A stretch of DNA of 64,000 nucleotides from an uncultured Gammaproteobacteria bacterium (GCA_947258875.1 CAMYKB010000001.1:52081-116080); one strand, 5' to 3'. Positions 29,569-40,480 are shown, counted from the first letter of the stretch. The notes: a model not told the origin generated them from the sequence alone. Translations and numbers: made by a program.

Positions 29569-30359
29569 CAGCTGAACTGGTCGACATCTGTTTTAACTTC
29601 ACCCACAATTCATTCCGCAAAGACGAACTAGCCGTACTGGAACGTGCTATAGCCGCAGGTGTCACCACGCTAATAGTGACGGGTTCCAGCGTCGAAGAAA
29701 GCCATGCCGGGGTACAACTGGCGGAACGCTATCCCGAACACCTATTTGCGACGGCAGGTGTACACCCACACCTGGCCAAGGACTGTGATAACACCACACA
29801 GGCACAGTTACGCGCACTAGCTGCACATGAGAAGGTCAAGGCCATCGGCGAAGCCGGACTGGATTACAACCGCAATTATTCACCACAGACAAAACAACGC
29901 AGTGTGTTCGAAATGCAGATTGAGCTCGCCTGTGATCTGGACATGCCGCTGTTCCTGCATGAGCGCGACGCCCATGATGATTTTGTTGCCATACTGGAAC
30001 CCTATCTGAGGGACCTTGATAAGGTCGTGGTGCACTGCTTCACCGGCAACGGCGACCAGCTCGACACCTACCTGGAGCTGGGCCTGTATATCGGCATCAC
30101 CGGCTGGATCTGCGACGAGCGGCGCGGCCACCATTTACACGAGATCGCAGACCGTATCCCTACCGGGCGCCTGATGATCGAAACCGATGCACCCTACCTA
30201 ACACCGCGCGACCTCAAACCACAGCCCAAAGATCGCCGCAATGAACCGGCCTTTCTGCCGCACATCCTCAAGACCCTGGCGCGTTGCCGTGGTGAGCCGG
30301 AGCCGGCGGTGGCTGCCGCCACGACCGCTGCCGCTCGACTTTTTTATGACCTGGATTAA
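29565..30359 (+). CDS. tatD: TatD-family nuclease
   Basis: Start MTAEL overlaps the upstream stop (ATGA). GVHPH, IGEAGLDY, LFLHERDA, HCFTG, IETDAPY. Confidence 0.93.
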   Translation: MTAELVDICFNFTHNSFRKDELAVLERAIAAGVTTLIVTGSSVEESHAGVQLAERYPEHLFATAGVHPHLAKDCDNTTQAQLRALAAHEKVKAIGEAGLDYNRNYSPQTKQRSVFEMQIELACDLDMPLFLHERDAHDDFVAILEPYLRDLDKVVVHCFTGNGDQLDTYLELGLYIGITGWICDERRGHHLHEIADRIPTGRLMIETDAPYLTPRDLKPQPKDRRNEPAFLPHILKTLARCRGEPEPAVAAATTAAARLFYDLD

Positions 30360-30440
30360 ACTTATATAAATCACCTGTTGTCATGACCTGCAGTTGAGTC
30401 TAGCTTGGAAATAAATCCCATAACCTTAAGGAGTTGCGAC

Positions 30441-30668
30441 ATGTTTCTGAGGCAGAAAAATTCGAAACACCTGGTGGAAGTACTCGATCTGAACGCCCTG
30501 TTCGACCCCCATAAAAGCGAATTCAGGGGACGTTTTAATGTTGGCGAAGAAATGCCGGAAGCCGAATCATTCGTGAAATCAGAGGTTTGCTTCCCATCCA
30601 GCGAGTCCTTGCCACGCTGCTGGCTGGATGCACATTACCGCGACGAAGAACTCCGCCACAGCGCATAA
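30441..30668 (+). CDS. Small conserved hypothetical protein
   Basis: AAGGAG RBS; MFLRQK...LVEVLD...FPSSESLPRCW. Confidence 0.75.
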   Translation: MFLRQKNSKHLVEVLDLNALFDPHKSEFRGRFNVGEEMPEAESFVKSEVCFPSSESLPRCWLDAHYRDEELRHSA

Positions 30669-30746
30669 AAGGTTTCCCCCAGGGCACCTGAGTGCCCTGA
30701 TGCGCTATAATTGAAGCCCGTTGTTCATTAACAGGCTGGTCAACCA

Positions 30747-31070
30747 ATGTCAGTTCAATCCACTCTCGAACAGAAAATTACCGAGGCACTGCATCCGATG
30801 CATCTCGATGTCGTCAATGAAAGCCATACGCATAATGTGCCAGCGGGTTCCGAGTCACATTTCAAGGTTACCGTGGTGGCCCAAGAATTCGAAGGCAAGA
30901 TGCTGGTAGCACGTCACCGTATATTGAATGAGTTACTCGCTAACGAACTGGCAGGCGCAATCCACGCACTGTCACTGCACACCATGACACCAGCTGAATG
31001 GGAAGAAAAAGGCGGCATCGTCCCCACATCACCGCCTTGCCGGGGCGGCTCCAAGGCCAGGACCAGCTGA
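30747..31070 (+). CDS. bolA: BolA family protein
   Basis: NESHTHNVPAGSESHFKV, RHR and IHALSLHT motifs. Confidence 0.95.
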   Translation: MSVQSTLEQKITEALHPMHLDVVNESHTHNVPAGSESHFKVTVVAQEFEGKMLVARHRILNELLANELAGAIHALSLHTMTPAEWEEKGGIVPTSPPCRGGSKARTS

Positions 31071-31097
31071 ACCTACAACAACCAGGCTGTACAAGTC

Positions 31098-31307
31098 ATG
31101 ATATTTGAAGATGATAGCGAGAGCATTAGCGAAAAGCTTTTCGAGTTACGCATCGAACATCGTGATCTGGATGCAGCGATTGCAGGACTCACGGAGAGCG
31201 GCTATATCGACCAGCTGCAATTGCGGCGCCTTAAAAAACGCAAACTGATGTTGAAAGATATCATCGCACAATTGGAAAGCAAATTGATCCCGGATCTTGA
31301 TGCTTGA
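31098..31307 (+). CDS. DUF465/YdcH family protein
   Basis: EHRDLD...LKKRKLMLKD...IPD. Confidence 0.88.
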   Translation: MIFEDDSESISEKLFELRIEHRDLDAAIAGLTESGYIDQLQLRRLKKRKLMLKDIIAQLESKLIPDLDA

Positions 31308-31348
31308 GATTTATATAAACCACGCAACTCAGCTATATAACACTTTCC

Positions 31349-31624
31349 TCACTCGAAAATATAATGCTTTTCAATTGCTTCCCTGATATCCCAGGTACAA
31401 CTCATACCGGCAGGAAACGTCACCAGGTCGCCCTCTCCCAACTCGACAGGCTCGCCGTCATCGGGTGTCACGATCACACGTCCGGCAACGATATAACAGG
31501 TCTCCTGTCGCTCATATTTCCAGGGAAACGTGGATACTTCTTTTTCCCAGGTCGGCCAGTCATCCACCCCCAGGATTTCGAGTTTCCCTGACGCAGGATT
31601 GTGTTCATACAAAATCTTATCCAC
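31349..31624 (-). CDS. Cupin (DUF861/EutQ-like) protein
   Basis: ETCYIVAG...GDLVTFPAGMSCTW...KHY. Confidence 0.88.
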   Translation of the reverse strand: MDKILYEHNPASGKLEILGVDDWPTWEKEVSTFPWKYERQETCYIVAGRVIVTPDDGEPVELGEGDLVTFPAGMSCTWDIREAIEKHYIFE

Positions 31625-31644
31625 GAACTCTCCTAATATATTTC

Positions 31645-32052
31645 TCAGATTGCAGCACGCCGCATGACTTCAGACAACTCCTGCTCATCAACCGGAAATG
31701 GTAATGTTGCAAAAAACGCATAACGTTGCTCAAGTTGTTGCAGCTTTTGATGAAACTCACGATCATAAAAGATGATCATTTTAATATCTGGCTGCCTTTG
31801 TGTTGCAGCAATAAGTGATTCCAGATTGCTGAGCCGATCACGAAAGGCAGGCTGGAAATTGAATTCAGCGACGATCACATCGGGCGGTCGTTTTTTCAGT
31901 AAACCCAGGACCTTGCGCATGGAGTTTTCCATACGCACGTTATAACCATGCTGTTGGTAGAGTGACGTGAAGTCTGGATACCCCCCCTGTTCAACGATCG
32001 CTAGCAACGATCTACGGGATCCTAATTCAGGATTTTCCTGTACCATTTTCAT
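31645..32052 (-). CDS. Hypothetical protein, degenerate receiver-like fold
   Basis: PDVIVAE and LPFPVD resemble receiver beta3 and loop, but the canonical Asp and Lys are absent. Confidence 0.65.
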   Translation of the reverse strand: MKMVQENPELGSRRSLLAIVEQGGYPDFTSLYQQHGYNVRMENSMRKVLGLLKKRPPDVIVAEFNFQPAFRDRLSNLESLIAATQRQPDIKMIIFYDREFHQKLQQLEQRYAFFATLPFPVDEQELSEVMRRAAI

Positions 32053-32075
32053 TTGAAATATTTATACGTTGTATC

Positions 32076-32663
32076 TCAATAGCGCACAATCTTGATCTGC
32101 TGGTTTTCATCACGATAGATATCACCCATATGCGTAGCGAAATATCCACCGCGGCGGTCCACAAAATACAGCTGTAAAGTTTCATGGATTACCGGAAAGG
32201 CGAGTTCATCCCAGGGAATCTCCTCTTCTGCAAACAGTGCAACTTCCAGACTTTCCTGACCAGGGCTGGCCTTGCCGTCACGTAACTCACCACGGAACAT
32301 TATATAAACCTGACTGATATGCGGCAGGTTGAATAACGCATAGAGGGACATATTTTCTAGCGATGCGTTGGCTTCTTCCATGGATTCACGCGCCGCAGCC
32401 TGCGCAGTCGTTTCCCTATTTTCCATAAAACCGGCCGGTAAGGTCCAGTAACCACGGCGTGGTTCGATGGCACGCCGGCATAACAACAACTTGTCACCCC
32501 ATTCGGGTATACAACCCGCAACCACCTTAGGGTTCTGGTAATGTATCAGATTGCAGCTGATACAAACATAACGCGGCAAGTGATCGCCCTCAGGAGTACG
32601 TAGCGCAACTTTAGCGCCACACTGGCTGCAATACTTCAGGGGCGGATGCTGCGTTGTAGACAT
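32076..32663 (-). CDS. Nudix hydrolase with N-terminal zinc ribbon
   Basis: CSQCG...CISC and GFMENRETTAQAAARESMEEA. Confidence 0.92.
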   Translation of the reverse strand: MSTTQHPPLKYCSQCGAKVALRTPEGDHLPRYVCISCNLIHYQNPKVVAGCIPEWGDKLLLCRRAIEPRRGYWTLPAGFMENRETTAQAAARESMEEANASLENMSLYALFNLPHISQVYIMFRGELRDGKASPGQESLEVALFAEEEIPWDELAFPVIHETLQLYFVDRRGGYFATHMGDIYRDENQQIKIVRY

Positions 32664-32727
32664 AACCGCAACATAACAGAATTGAGTTGCCGCGTTAAGT
32701 CATACAGCAAGAGCAACTAATTAACAA

Positions 32728-35076
32728 TTATGCAGTATTTGCATTGAGTATTTCCGGCCTTCCAATAGCATAACCCTGCGCATAATCCACACCAATATCA
32801 TTAATCAAGGCATGGATATCCTGCGACTCAACGAATTCAGCGATTGTGCGCAAACCCAGCACATGCCCGATATGGTTAATAGATTCCACCATGGCACGGT
32901 CAATCGCATCGCTTGTGATGTCCTTTACAAATTGACCATCAATTTTCAGATAATCGACTGGAAGATTCTTGAGATAGGCCAGTGATGACATACCCTTGCC
33001 AAAATCATCTAACGCAAACCGGCAACCCATGCCTTTCATATCAATAATGAACTCTTTGGCTCGGCGAAGATTTGCAATTGCTGTAGTCTCGGTGATCTCA
33101 AAACATATTTTCGACGGCAGCGCTGCGATCTGGGTTAGTTGGTGTTTGACAAAAGCAGAAAAACGTTCGTCGTTGAGCGAGTGCCCCGACAGATTGATGC
33201 AACAGGTATGCGTATTCTCCAAATCACCAGGATTAGCAGCAAACCAGGCGACCAGCGTTTGAATTACCCAACGATCTATATCGGTCATCAGGTTAAAACG
33301 TTCCGCAGCAGTCAGAAATTTTTCGGCAGCGATCAGCTCGCCATCAGCATCACGCATGCGAATCAATATTTCGAAATGCCCATGACCATTCAGACTATCC
33401 TGCAATGCCAGGATTGGCTGGCGCACCAGCACGAAACTGTCATGATCCAGGGCGTCCTTGAGTCGACCGATCCACTGTATTTCATCATGCCGCAGTGAAA
33501 GTCCCGTGTCATTGGTGTCATACACGTGCACACGATTCCTGCCCGCCTCCTTGGCAGCGTAACAGGCTGCATCTGCCGCACTGAGTATATGTGTTCTCGA
33601 AGAGTCCGACGAAGCCAACGACACCAGTCCTATACTAACGGAAACAGAAAAGCTGCGGTCATCCCAGGGAAACCGAAATTCCGCGATACGCTCACGTATG
33701 TTTTCTGCAATGATAACGGCATTGTCTATTGAGCAATTATCAAGAATGACTGCAAACTCATCACCGCCCAACCTGGCAATGATGTCACTTTCGCGCGCAT
33801 TATCTTTTAGTAGATAAGCAATCTGACACAACAACTCATCACCCGCACGATGGCCACAAGTGTCATTCACAACCTTAAACTGATCCAGATCCAAAAAACA
33901 CAACACATACTCTTCAGCAGGATATGTTTGACAGTTCTCTAATGCCTGCAACAGGCGCTGCTCAAACTCATGGCGATTGGTCAATCCGGTTAATGCATCA
34001 TGCGTAGCTTGATACGAAATCTGGCGCGTCAACTCCTGCTCGACTGTGACATCATGGAAGACAATAATCGCTCCTGATATCCTGCCATCCATATCACATA
34101 TCGAAGAACAAGAGTGCTCAATAGTCACCTTCCTGCCACTCTTACCTACCAGGATGTGCACTCCTTTATTCCCTGATCTACCCTGCTCGAGACAAACAGC
34201 AAGAGGATCTTCTATCTCAGCCTGAGAATCTGCATCAAGCATTTTCAGCACATCCCTTATCGACGCACCTGCAAGACCTTCAGAACCCCAGCCAGTTATT
34301 TTCATGGCAGTTGGATTCATATACTCAATTCCACCCCTAGCGTTGGTAGTGATTACACCATCGACTATAGACCTCAAGGTGATCTGGGCACGATCCTTTT
34401 GTTCATTCAGCTCCTGCTCGGTTCTTTTACGCTCTTCGATCTCCGCACTTAATTGCGCACGCACCTCCATCGCGGTCCATTCATGGGTGCCGGTCATGCC
34501 CGCAAGAAATGCCAACGCCGCCACTACTGTAGCGGCATGCATGTATGGTATGTCTCCCGCCCCCGCAAACGGATCAGGAAATGCGTACCCCACGCTACTC
34601 AGGTAGACAAATAGCAATACTGCTATTACTGCAAGCAGAGTCATTAGATAACCGTACCAGCGGCCTACGATTAACGTTGCGAGTAGCGGCGCGCAGGCAA
34701 ACCAGATCAGTGCAAATTCCCGTCCACCTGTACAAAAATAATTCCCATATACAACAGCAACAAAGCCCGGAATGATAATCAGCACACCTGATAAGGTGTA
34801 ATCGCCTGTGAGCCTATACAGAAAAAGCATCAGGGGCAGTATGCCGGTCAATACCCCTAGAACGACCAGCTCCAGACTCAGCCCGCCACTCTCGATAAAC
34901 ATTACCGCACACACGATCATGCCGAATACAAAGGCCAGCATCGAGGACGCCACGGTGACGCGGATACGCTGCAGTGTATTGGGGTCATCCCGCAGATTAT
35001 CTGGTGCGAACCAGTCAGCGAAACGGTACAACGGCATAAGCATCCGCTCTCGTACTCCTATATACGCTACCATCAT
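32728..35076 (-). CDS. Membrane-anchored PAS-GGDEF-EAL protein
   Basis: About 6 TM segments, PAS, RLGGDEF, FEILIR and LDDFGKG. Confidence 0.93.
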   Translation of the reverse strand: MMVAYIGVRERMLMPLYRFADWFAPDNLRDDPNTLQRIRVTVASSMLAFVFGMIVCAVMFIESGGLSLELVVLGVLTGILPLMLFLYRLTGDYTLSGVLIIIPGFVAVVYGNYFCTGGREFALIWFACAPLLATLIVGRWYGYLMTLLAVIAVLLFVYLSSVGYAFPDPFAGAGDIPYMHAATVVAALAFLAGMTGTHEWTAMEVRAQLSAEIEERKRTEQELNEQKDRAQITLRSIVDGVITTNARGGIEYMNPTAMKITGWGSEGLAGASIRDVLKMLDADSQAEIEDPLAVCLEQGRSGNKGVHILVGKSGRKVTIEHSCSSICDMDGRISGAIIVFHDVTVEQELTRQISYQATHDALTGLTNRHEFEQRLLQALENCQTYPAEEYVLCFLDLDQFKVVNDTCGHRAGDELLCQIAYLLKDNARESDIIARLGGDEFAVILDNCSIDNAVIIAENIRERIAEFRFPWDDRSFSVSVSIGLVSLASSDSSRTHILSAADAACYAAKEAGRNRVHVYDTNDTGLSLRHDEIQWIGRLKDALDHDSFVLVRQPILALQDSLNGHGHFEILIRMRDADGELIAAEKFLTAAERFNLMTDIDRWVIQTLVAWFAANPGDLENTHTCCINLSGHSLNDERFSAFVKHQLTQIAALPSKICFEITETTAIANLRRAKEFIIDMKGMGCRFALDDFGKGMSSLAYLKNLPVDYLKIDGQFVKDITSDAIDRAMVESINHIGHVLGLRTIAEFVESQDIHALINDIGVDYAQGYAIGRPEILNANTA

Positions 35077-35175
35077 GTTTAAGGCGCCTAGCGTTGTTGA
35101 TGTTATTATTTTCCGACACTAACTTCCCAAAAATGCACGCGGCGTCATTCAGAGAATCACAAATCCGCCGTCATT

Positions 35176-35589
35176 CTAAACAGCAGTCAGTAAAGAGCGA
35201 ATACTGTCTGGCAGGGGCACAGAACACGCCTCACTATAGTCGATCCATACTACTTTGGCGGAACCGCTTGCACACACTTCATCGCGGTTATTTACATTAC
35301 AGATTTCGTAATAGGTTTCAAAACTGCTGCGCCCAGCAGCACCACCATAAAGGGTTACCTCTATCTGTGCTGGGTAGACAATAGGCCTGTGGTATGTTGC
35401 ACATGAATTGACAACAACCGGTCCCAGCCCGCTGCTTTCAATAGCTATACCCAACTCATCCAGCCATGCAACTCTGATCTGCTCGAAATAAACAAAGTAA
35501 ACCGTACTATTGACATGACCTAGCGCGTCCATTTCACCCCAGCGCACAGCCATATTTTCTTGCTTTAGCAATTTCCTCTGTTCAAGCAT
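35176..35589 (-). CDS. Acyl-CoA thioesterase (4HBT hot-dog family)
   Basis: VRWGEMDALGHVNS motif. Confidence 0.9.
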   Translation of the reverse strand: MLEQRKLLKQENMAVRWGEMDALGHVNSTVYFVYFEQIRVAWLDELGIAIESSGLGPVVVNSCATYHRPIVYPAQIEVTLYGGAAGRSSFETYYEICNVNNRDEVCASGSAKVVWIDYSEACSVPLPDSIRSLLTAV

Positions 35590-35689
35590 ATGTCAGTATA
35601 CATGCCTAGTTTGGCGCCTGATTGTCACCGCAGTCGAACATGCCCATACGCTGGCATGTTCCTCAGCAAACAAATAACCCAGTAAAAAC

Positions 35690-37819
35690 TCAATACGTGA
35701 GGATCGATTTGGGTTTACTTATGCCGAAACCTTGCGCATAGTCGACACCGAGTTCCCGCAAGCGGGACTGAATATCATCGTTCTCGACGAATTCGGCTAT
35801 AGTCTTCTTGCCCATGACATGGCCGATATCGTTGATCGACTTGACCATGGCGAGATTGATCGGATCGAGATGCATGTCCCTGACAAATTGCCCATCGATC
35901 TTAAGCAAATCGACTGGCAAGTTCTTGAGATACGCGAATGATGACAGCCCACTACCAAAATCGTCCAGCGCAAAAACGCAACCGAGGCGCTTTAATTCGT
36001 TAATAAAGTTAATGGCATTACGCAAATTCGCGATCGCCGCAGTCTCTGTAATCTCAAAGCAGATCTTCTCGGGTGGGATAGATTTATCGCCGAATTGCGT
36101 CATCACAAATTCGGCAAAGCCTTCATCGGCGAGAGACAATCCGGACAGATTTATGGCGCACATCGACAACCGTTGCAATCGGTCAGGATCACTCTTGAGC
36201 CATTCGAATGCGCGCTGGATCACCCAGCGATCGATCTTGGGTGTTAGATTAAATTGTTCCGCCGTCTTAAGAAAGGTAGCAGGTGCCACGCGTTCACCGC
36301 TCTCATCGAGCAAGCGCACCAGCAATTCAAAATGATCCCCATCATCATCAGTATCCAAAATCGGCACTATCGGTTGATAATCGAGTTCAAAACGGCTCTC
36401 TTCCAGCGCACGATCAATACGCACCACCCACTGCATCTCGTCGTGACGACGCAACATCACTGTATCTTCTTCATGATACTCATGCACGCGGTTACGCCCA
36501 GCGTCCTTGGCGGCATAACAAGCTGCATCTGCTGCACTCATAACGCTGGTCATACTTTCACTGCTATGGTCGATCGGCACCAGACCGATACTGACGCGCA
36601 CCTGGAAGCTCTTACCTTCCCATTCGAAACGATACTCCTCAATTGCTGCACGCAGCTTGTCGGTCACGCGTCTGGCCTGTTTGAGTGTACAGTCTTCCAT
36701 CAACAGACCGAATTCATCGCCACCCAGGCGGGCCAGGGTATCGTTGCGCCTTACCTGCACACGCAATAAATCTGCTACCTGTTTCAGTAACTCATCGCCC
36801 GCGATATGCCCGCAGGTGTCATTAATTACCTTGAACTGATCCAGATCCATATAGCACAAGGCATGTTCGTTCCGGTCCTCCTGGATGTTTTCCAGTATCT
36901 TTTCAAGCCGCCGCTCAAATTCACGGCGGTTCACCAGGTCGGTTAATGGATCATGGCTCGCCTGATGGGTCAGTTGCTCTGTAAGACTATGTGCTTCTGT
37001 CACATCCCAGACCACCCCCGTGATTTGCGCTGCCTTTCCGTCCTTCTCACGATACATCTCTCCGCGCAGCGCGATCACCCGTATATCATTATCGGCTTTT
37101 GCTACACGAAACTGGGTATCGTATTCAGCGCCCTGTTCAAGCGTGCCGTCAAGCTCTGCCCGCACCCGTTCACGATCATCCGCGTGCAGCCGTAAAAAAA
37201 TATCCTCAGGGGTACCGGCGAAGCTGGCCTTCTCCAGCCCGAATAGCGGTGCGGCAAACTCATCCAGAATCACCCTGTCGGTTAACAGATTCCAACTCCA
37301 GGTACCCACTTTCGACGCCTTCAACGCCAGATTCATGCGCTTGGTAAGTTTATACAGCGCAAGCTGGGTGCGCCGGCGTTCCGTGATATCAACGAAACTC
37401 ACAACACAACCAATCACCTCACCTGCTTCACGGAGTGGTCGGCACCAATACTCTACCGGGAAATTTTTACCATTTGCCCGCCAAAACACCTCATCGGACG
37501 CACTGCTTGCACTCGCCGCATTTAGCGATTTCAGTATCCTGGATTCAGTCCTGGGAAAGGGCTTGGCACCCATCAGCGAGTGCTGGATGGTGTCGTGCAT
37601 GTCCTTGCCGATCAACTGCTCGGGCATTTGATAACCCAGCCCTTGTGCAGCAACAGGATTACACAGTGAGATACGCCCTTCCAGATCGAGACAGAAAACG
37701 CCTTGCGCCGACGATGAGAGCACCAGCCGATAGCATTTATCAGTATTCCAGAAAACTACGCCGGCTTGATATTCGCCAGTAGACATAGCCGACTCAGTTC
37801 CCTTGATTGGTTCTTTCAC
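35690..37819 (-). CDS. Cytoplasmic PAS-PAS-GGDEF-EAL protein
   Basis: Two PAS/PAC domains, RLGGDEF, FELLVR and LDDFGSG. Confidence 0.93.
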   Translation of the reverse strand: MKEPIKGTESAMSTGEYQAGVVFWNTDKCYRLVLSSSAQGVFCLDLEGRISLCNPVAAQGLGYQMPEQLIGKDMHDTIQHSLMGAKPFPRTESRILKSLNAASASSASDEVFWRANGKNFPVEYWCRPLREAGEVIGCVVSFVDITERRRTQLALYKLTKRMNLALKASKVGTWSWNLLTDRVILDEFAAPLFGLEKASFAGTPEDIFLRLHADDRERVRAELDGTLEQGAEYDTQFRVAKADNDIRVIALRGEMYREKDGKAAQITGVVWDVTEAHSLTEQLTHQASHDPLTDLVNRREFERRLEKILENIQEDRNEHALCYMDLDQFKVINDTCGHIAGDELLKQVADLLRVQVRRNDTLARLGGDEFGLLMEDCTLKQARRVTDKLRAAIEEYRFEWEGKSFQVRVSIGLVPIDHSSESMTSVMSAADAACYAAKDAGRNRVHEYHEEDTVMLRRHDEMQWVVRIDRALEESRFELDYQPIVPILDTDDDGDHFELLVRLLDESGERVAPATFLKTAEQFNLTPKIDRWVIQRAFEWLKSDPDRLQRLSMCAINLSGLSLADEGFAEFVMTQFGDKSIPPEKICFEITETAAIANLRNAINFINELKRLGCVFALDDFGSGLSSFAYLKNLPVDLLKIDGQFVRDMHLDPINLAMVKSINDIGHVMGKKTIAEFVENDDIQSRLRELGVDYAQGFGISKPKSILTY

Positions 37820-37983
37820 AGCATTTTTACTTCAGATGACATAGGCACACACATAATGACCTATTAGCATAATGGACAAACCACCTGCGGGACAGTCCAA
37901 GGCGGGGCAAACGGTGAGATTATGGCGGTAAGCGGTGTGAAAAGCCGCTTAATTGCAACAAAATAGACAAATATGCTCAATAT

Positions 37984-38841
37984 TCAACCAGCCTCACCAG
38001 TTGCTACCGGACGCTGATCGGAGCGGATCCACTCACTCCATGAACCCACATAAAGCCGTGAGCCCTGATACCCCGACATTTCCATGCTGAGTATATTATG
38101 GCATGCAGTCACACCCGAACCGCACATATGGATTGCTGCCCCTGAACCCGCGGTGCGCTGTAACTGCGTTGCCCACTCCTGTGCCAGTTCAGCTTGGGAG
38201 CGAAAGCGACCTGCTGTATCGAGACTCTCCTGGTAAGGCCGGTTAATCGCGCCCGGCACATGCCCGGCCTTACTATCCAGCGGCTCACTTGCACCGTTGT
38301 AACGTTCTTCGCTACGGGCATCGAATAACATCACATCACCCAGCTGCAGCCTCCTGACCAACTCGTCAGTTGACACCCAGCAGCTATCATCACATTGCGA
38401 CTGAAAGTCACCCCGATGTGGCACCGGGATAACAGTACTGAGCTCACAGCCCTGTGTTTGCCACTGAGTTATACCACCATCGAGCACCGCCACATCACGG
38501 TGACCCAGCCAGCGCAATAAAAACCATAAACGCGCAGCTATGGCACCATCCGCGTCATCGTAAGCCACAATCTGCGAATTGGCGTTAACCCCCCATTGTT
38601 GCAGCTTGTACTCCAATTCCTGCGGGTCAGGCAATGGATGCCGTCCACTCGCCGCTGTAATTGGCCCGGATAAATCGTTATCGAGATTAGCATAACGTGC
38701 GCCCGGAATATGACCTTCGCGGTACTGACGCTCACCGGCCGCGGTGTCCAGCAGCGAAAAGCGGCAATCGAATATTACCCAGCGGGCATCGTCCAGGTGT
38801 TCGTTGAGCTCATGTGTTGAAATGATCGTCTGATACGCCAT
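37984..38841 (-). CDS. sseA: Double-rhodanese sulfurtransferase (SseA/MST)
   Basis: GHIPGA, GRHPLP, CGSGVTA and YVGSWSEW motifs. Confidence 0.9.
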   Translation of the reverse strand: MAYQTIISTHELNEHLDDARWVIFDCRFSLLDTAAGERQYREGHIPGARYANLDNDLSGPITAASGRHPLPDPQELEYKLQQWGVNANSQIVAYDDADGAIAARLWFLLRWLGHRDVAVLDGGITQWQTQGCELSTVIPVPHRGDFQSQCDDSCWVSTDELVRRLQLGDVMLFDARSEERYNGASEPLDSKAGHVPGAINRPYQESLDTAGRFRSQAELAQEWATQLQRTAGSGAAIHMCGSGVTACHNILSMEMSGYQGSRLYVGSWSEWIRSDQRPVATGEAG

Positions 38842-38859
38842 AGCTAGCTGATATTGATG

Positions 38860-39276
38860 TTATTGCCCACGTCTGCGCCTGATTTTATATGCTGTTATTG
38901 TATCGGTAAACTCGGCACAGGGCACATCATTGATCGCACCATAGTGTTCGATGGCCTGCGCCACCAGGGCATGAATATTTGTAATCTTGCCATTACCATC
39001 ACCGGCCGCATCAAGACGCTGCATTAGTATCGACAGGCCCGCATATTGGATTTTCACCAATATGCTATGTGGAATAACCGTCAGGTCATCTTCAAGTCCC
39101 CTTGCGGTGAGCACGGGCAGCTTCAAACAGGTAAATAATTGCTGACAACACTGACTCGCCTCTATAGATGCACAGGCAATTTCAGGTCCGCCCCTACGCA
39201 CCACGCTTTGAGCTAGCTCACAAGCATAGTCCTCCGCTACCAGGGTGGCGCTGAAAACACATTTGTTATCACTCAT
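38860..39276 (-). CDS. Hypothetical Cys-containing protein
   Basis: 138-aa ORF between the Fe-S reductase and sseA, ending RRRRG. Confidence 0.7.
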   Translation of the reverse strand: MSDNKCVFSATLVAEDYACELAQSVVRRGGPEIACASIEASQCCQQLFTCLKLPVLTARGLEDDLTVIPHSILVKIQYAGLSILMQRLDAAGDGNGKITNIHALVAQAIEHYGAINDVPCAEFTDTITAYKIRRRRGQ

Positions 39277-39348
39277 TGATTAACAGTTCGCTCAGTCATA
39301 CATTAAACATAGTATAAATTGTGCACGGCTGATCATGCATACAGTAGA

Positions 39349-40422
39349 TCATCCACCACTGGCTGGAGCAGTTCCTCCAATTACACAACCTACATTGCGG
39401 TTACCACGCACTGGTTCCTGCATTAGTCGCGCATGTGGAAGGCCATGCTCAGTAAGCAAGTTCTTGCCTGCCGCCAGCAGCGGATCTGGCGCTACCATGT
39501 AAACATCATGGCCCGACATATCCGGATAATCTGCGACAATACGCTGCAACTGTTCATCGACAAGCTGCAGTCCCTGTTCTCTAGCGGTGAGCAACCGATC
39601 ATAATCCTGTTTGATACTCAACGGCGTATAACGAAACTGGTCCAGCGCGTCAGCCCAGGAACGACAAAGATTATCCAGGTAATGTCCGTCTGCGCCACAC
39701 GTTATCCAATATAGATGGGCCCGGCGTTCCTCATCCTGTGCCGTCGCATGCTCAAGGACACTCTTTATGGCTGCAAAACCGGTATCAAAGGCAATCAGGA
39801 TAATCGGTCGCTTTGAGTCCTCGCGCAACACAAACTCACCTCTTGGCGCTTCAACCTCTATAAAAGTACCCGGCTTGAGGCAATCGAAAACATACTTTGA
39901 AAACGGTTCATCCGCCACCCTGCGGATATGAAACTCCAGACGCATGTCGTCGCAGGGGCAGCTGGCAATCGCCGAGTCATACGACGCAATGCCCGCCACG
40001 CTGAGACAGGCGTATTGGCCTGCAAGAAAACGCAACCGTTGCGAACGCGGCGTCTGTAACTGCATAAGCATTAAATTATCGCCCACCGGGGTAAGCTTAC
40101 GCACCTTAGTGCGGATATTCTGTACCGCAATTTCGCGGGCAGCGCCCGCAACGCTGGCGTCGATTTCCAGGTTGCTGGCCGCTGTATTGGAACACATCAA
40201 AATGGTTCCGCAAGCCTTTTCAGACGCAGACATTATATAGTCATGCGGCCGCAGCAACTCCACATTACCCCTGACAACTCGCGCCTTGCACAACCCGCAA
40301 TTGCCATTACTACAGCCATACTCCAGCGCAATGCCTGCCCGCACCGCCGCATCGAGTATGCTATCGTGTTGCTCTATCACGAATCGCTGCCCTGTAGACT
40401 GCAGACTAACCTTAAATGTCAT
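39349..40422 (-). CDS. 2Fe-2S ferredoxin fused to FNR-type FAD/NAD reductase (AscD-like)
   Basis: GCSNGNCGLCK...MCS, FLAGQY, PRGEF and DTGF motifs. Confidence 0.88.
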   Translation of the reverse strand: MTFKVSLQSTGQRFVIEQHDSILDAAVRAGIALEYGCSNGNCGLCKARVVRGNVELLRPHDYIMSASEKACGTILMCSNTAASNLEIDASVAGAAREIAVQNIRTKVRKLTPVGDNLMLMQLQTPRSQRLRFLAGQYACLSVAGIASYDSAIASCPCDDMRLEFHIRRVADEPFSKYVFDCLKPGTFIEVEAPRGEFVLREDSKRPIILIAFDTGFAAIKSVLEHATAQDEERRAHLYWITCGADGHYLDNLCRSWADALDQFRYTPLSIKQDYDRLLTAREQGLQLVDEQLQRIVADYPDMSGHDVYMVAPDPLLAAGKNLLTEHGLPHARLMQEPVRGNRNVGCVIGGTAPASGG

Positions 40423-40480
40423 ACAACACGTTATACCGTAGTGTCACTAAATTACCAGATAGATCGCAGCAGAGGCTGCG

